Assembly: GCA_964436015.1 (NCBI GenBank)
Contig: CAYTAR010000002.1
Span: 9,521 to 73,520, forward strand
Direction: 5' to 3'
DNA from: an uncultured Candidatus Saccharibacteria bacterium
GTDB taxonomy: Bacteria > Patescibacteriota > Minisyncoccia > Phycocordibacterales > GCA-2401445
DNA length: 64,000 bases
Positions 62,210 through 64,000 of the stretch are shown one piece after another; the first letter of the stretch is position 1, and every line of letters starts with the position of its first letter. A model generated the notes under the pieces. That model saw only the letters and a list, made by a program, of their open reading frames with translations. It was not told where the DNA came from and did no database searches. A program made the translations under genes and the position numbers.

Positions 62210-63289
62210 ATGACATTTATACTACGAAACGATCGCACACTATTCAATATACTATTATTTTTTGTACTGAGTATTATTGGGCTTGCTTGCTTGCCCACTT
62301 CAGTGTTTGGGCAGTCAAGCTCAGGTATTAGAGTGCAGCCTTCGTTTATTGAAGAGGCGGTTAATCCGGGGGATACGTACAGTGAAATACTTCAGATAAA
62401 AAATGAGAGTGATGTTGAGGAAACATACTATGTAAGTGTGAGGAATATAAAAGGATTAACTGGTAATGATAATGCTCCAGTGTTTGCAGATGAAGGTGAA
62501 GTCACTGGGCTTGAAGTTGCTTCATGGGTTACTCTTTCAGCAGACAGTGCGACCGTTCTGCCTGGTGAAACCGCACAGATTCCTTTTAGTGTTGTGGTAC
62601 CGAAAGATGCGTCTCCGGGGAGTCATATAGGAGGAATATTTGTGACACGGACCCCTCCACGACTACGTGAGACTGGAGCAGGAGTGGGTATTCAAGTAGT
62701 CAGTATTCTTAGTATGAAAATAGGGGGAGATGTAATTGAAACTGCGCGTATCAGAGAGTTTTCTTCTGATAAAAACATATACAGTACCCCGAAAGCAGAA
62801 TTTACCGTAAGTGTAGAAAATGAGGGAAATATTCTGATTAGACCACAAGGGTTTATAGAAATAACTAATATGTTTGGCGAGCGGGTTGCTCAGCTTAAGA
62901 TTAATGAACGAGCAGGTGCGGTGTTACCAAAAGCGGAACGTAGATTTTCAGTGGAGTGGGAGGGGGATAGTCTCTCTTTTGGAAGATATCAAGTACATGC
63001 AGGTCTGGTGTTTGGAGATTATGGAAGACAGAATATTGAAAGTAATTTATTTATCTGGGTTCTTCCTATGAAAATTATCACGCCTTTTCTTGGCGGACTG
63101 CTTTTCCTTGTGTTTGTAATTTATATCAGTATTCGGATACATGTCAGAAATAAGTTACGTACTGTAGAGAGAACTCATGCACGATTTGTTCATGATGAGG
63201 CGCCGTTGTCAAAATTGACTTTCATTGCTGTCGCAGTACTTGCGTTTACAATTCTTTTCCTGCTAGGAGTGTTTATCTTTTTCGCATAA
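62210..63289 (+). CDS. CscA-like surface protein (third paralog) with C-terminal TM anchors
   Basis: The start MTFILRNDRTLFNILLFFVLSIIGLACLPTSVFG at 62210; the track start at 62075 lies upstream of a terminator. GIRVQPSFIEEAVNPGDTYSEILQIKNES..WVTLSADSATVLPGETAQIPFSVVVPKDASPGSHIGGIFV. Confidence 0.6.
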   Translation: MTFILRNDRTLFNILLFFVLSIIGLACLPTSVFGQSSSGIRVQPSFIEEAVNPGDTYSEILQIKNESDVEETYYVSVRNIKGLTGNDNAPVFADEGEVTGLEVASWVTLSADSATVLPGETAQIPFSVVVPKDASPGSHIGGIFVTRTPPRLRETGAGVGIQVVSILSMKIGGDVIETARIREFSSDKNIYSTPKAEFTVSVENEGNILIRPQGFIEITNMFGERVAQLKINERAGAVLPKAERRFSVEWEGDSLSFGRYQVHAGLVFGDYGRQNIESNLFIWVLPMKIITPFLGGLLFLVFVIYISIRIHVRNKLRTVERTHARFVHDEAPLSKLTFIAVAVLAFTILFLLGVFIFFA

Positions 63290-63290
63290 A

Positions 63291-63692
63291 ATGAGACGAA
63301 AGAGTAACAAAATAGAACATAATATCAGGTATGCACTAGCGATTGGAGCGACCGTGCTGTCGCTTACCTCCCTTGTGTATCGGGTTGATACAAGCATGCC
63401 AGGAGCGTCTACTTTGGTGGGAAATGTAGTTGGTGTTACTGCTCAGATTCCCCCGAATGAATTAAGTAGACTCGCACAACAGTTTGATGAAAAAGATAAG
63501 GAATTGAGTGCTCGCGAAGCTGAAATTGCGGATCGTGAGCGAGCGCTCAATGCACTACTTCGTAAAGGGAATGAGAGGGGTGTGATTGCAAATTATGCTT
63601 TTGCGGGTGCGCTTCTTCTTCTCTTTATTCTTGTAGGAATTAATTTCTACCAAGATTGGAAAGGAAGAAAAATTCCTAGACAGAGTGTATGA
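63291..63692 (+). CDS. small membrane protein with a coiled-coil segment
   Basis: 133 aa. An N-terminal TM helix, LSRLAQQFDEKDKELSAREAEIADRERALNALL, and a C-terminal TM helix. Confidence 0.5.
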   Translation: MRRKSNKIEHNIRYALAIGATVLSLTSLVYRVDTSMPGASTLVGNVVGVTAQIPPNELSRLAQQFDEKDKELSAREAEIADRERALNALLRKGNERGVIANYAFAGALLLLFILVGINFYQDWKGRKIPRQSV

Positions 63693-64000
63693 GGGCCTTT
63701 GGTATAACTCTGGTGGTGATAATTGCATCAGTGGTAGTCACAAGTCTTGTAGTGCGTGCCACCGAGTATGTATCTAGCAGAGGATTAACCGCGAACGTGC
63801 ATTCAATTAGCACTATGTGCAAGCGTGGTATGACCTATGTACCAACAGAGCAGGGAGGGTTTTGCATTGATATATTCGAGCGGTCAGCTGGTTCTCGTTG
63901 TGTGTATGATACTCCTGAAAATAGTATTCAAACGGGACAAAATATTCAGATTATGGAATGTGAAAGTGAGTCTGTAAGGGGACGTATTCCATGGGTAAAT
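63689..64000 (+). CDS. membrane-anchored protein, possibly SUMF1/FGE-type domain; 3' end lies outside the window
   Basis: ATGA start/stop overlap with the previous gene. The frame is open to nt 64000. TM helix FGITLVVIIASVVVTSLVV, then CKRGMTYVPTEQGGFCIDIFE. The family call is weak. Confidence 0.4.
   Translation, partial: MRAFGITLVVIIASVVVTSLVVRATEYVSSRGLTANVHSISTMCKRGMTYVPTEQGGFCIDIFERSAGSRCVYDTPENSIQTGQNIQIMECESESVRGRIPWVN

Noticed and set aside
1-64000. Alternative genetic code (UGA recoding, as in some CPR lineages)
   Set aside because: All conserved genes are full length under the standard code. TGA closes at least one well-defined gene (63690-63692, with an ATGA overlap to the next start).

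Overview
This 64-kb window covers the replication-origin neighbourhood of a small-genome bacterium (jag-yidC-rnpA-rpmH divergent from dnaA-oriC-dnaN). It also holds housekeeping genes: ruvABC/yebC, polA, tyrS, murE, a class A PBP, rpsT, rplS and tsaE. Type IV pilus genes are present (pilB; pilM/N/O-like), and a 16-kb surface-protein cluster fills the 3' end. Short housekeeping proteins, almost no biosynthesis, giant surface proteins and pilus genes suggest Patescibacteria/CPR; that is inference only. The standard genetic code fits, and TGA is used as a stop. I call about 60 CDS, 7 tRNAs, one SAM-I riboswitch, one candidate structured ncRNA and a candidate oriC. rpmH is real but missing from the ORF track. 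Two things stand out. (1) Each of the 7 tRNA genes is followed on its own strand by 1-4 structured repeat units of about 95-225 nt (15 units in total). In most units the inverted-repeat arms are copied from the 3' end of the adjacent tRNA, while the cores are shared between loci. Many units, or unit blocks, end in their own terminator hairpin. I do not recognise this as a described element class. (2) A surface cluster runs from 48078 to the window end. It encodes a membrane-tethered HTH protein, a 646-aa propeller protein, a 2073-aa giant protein, three DUF916/DUF3324-like (CscA-like) anchored proteins and two WxL-like proteins. The two WxL-like genes have 3' halves that are 604/604 nt identical, and the giant protein carries the same C-terminal domain. 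All coordinates were counted by hand and may be off by a few nt. All homology calls rest on motifs recognised by eye, not on searches.
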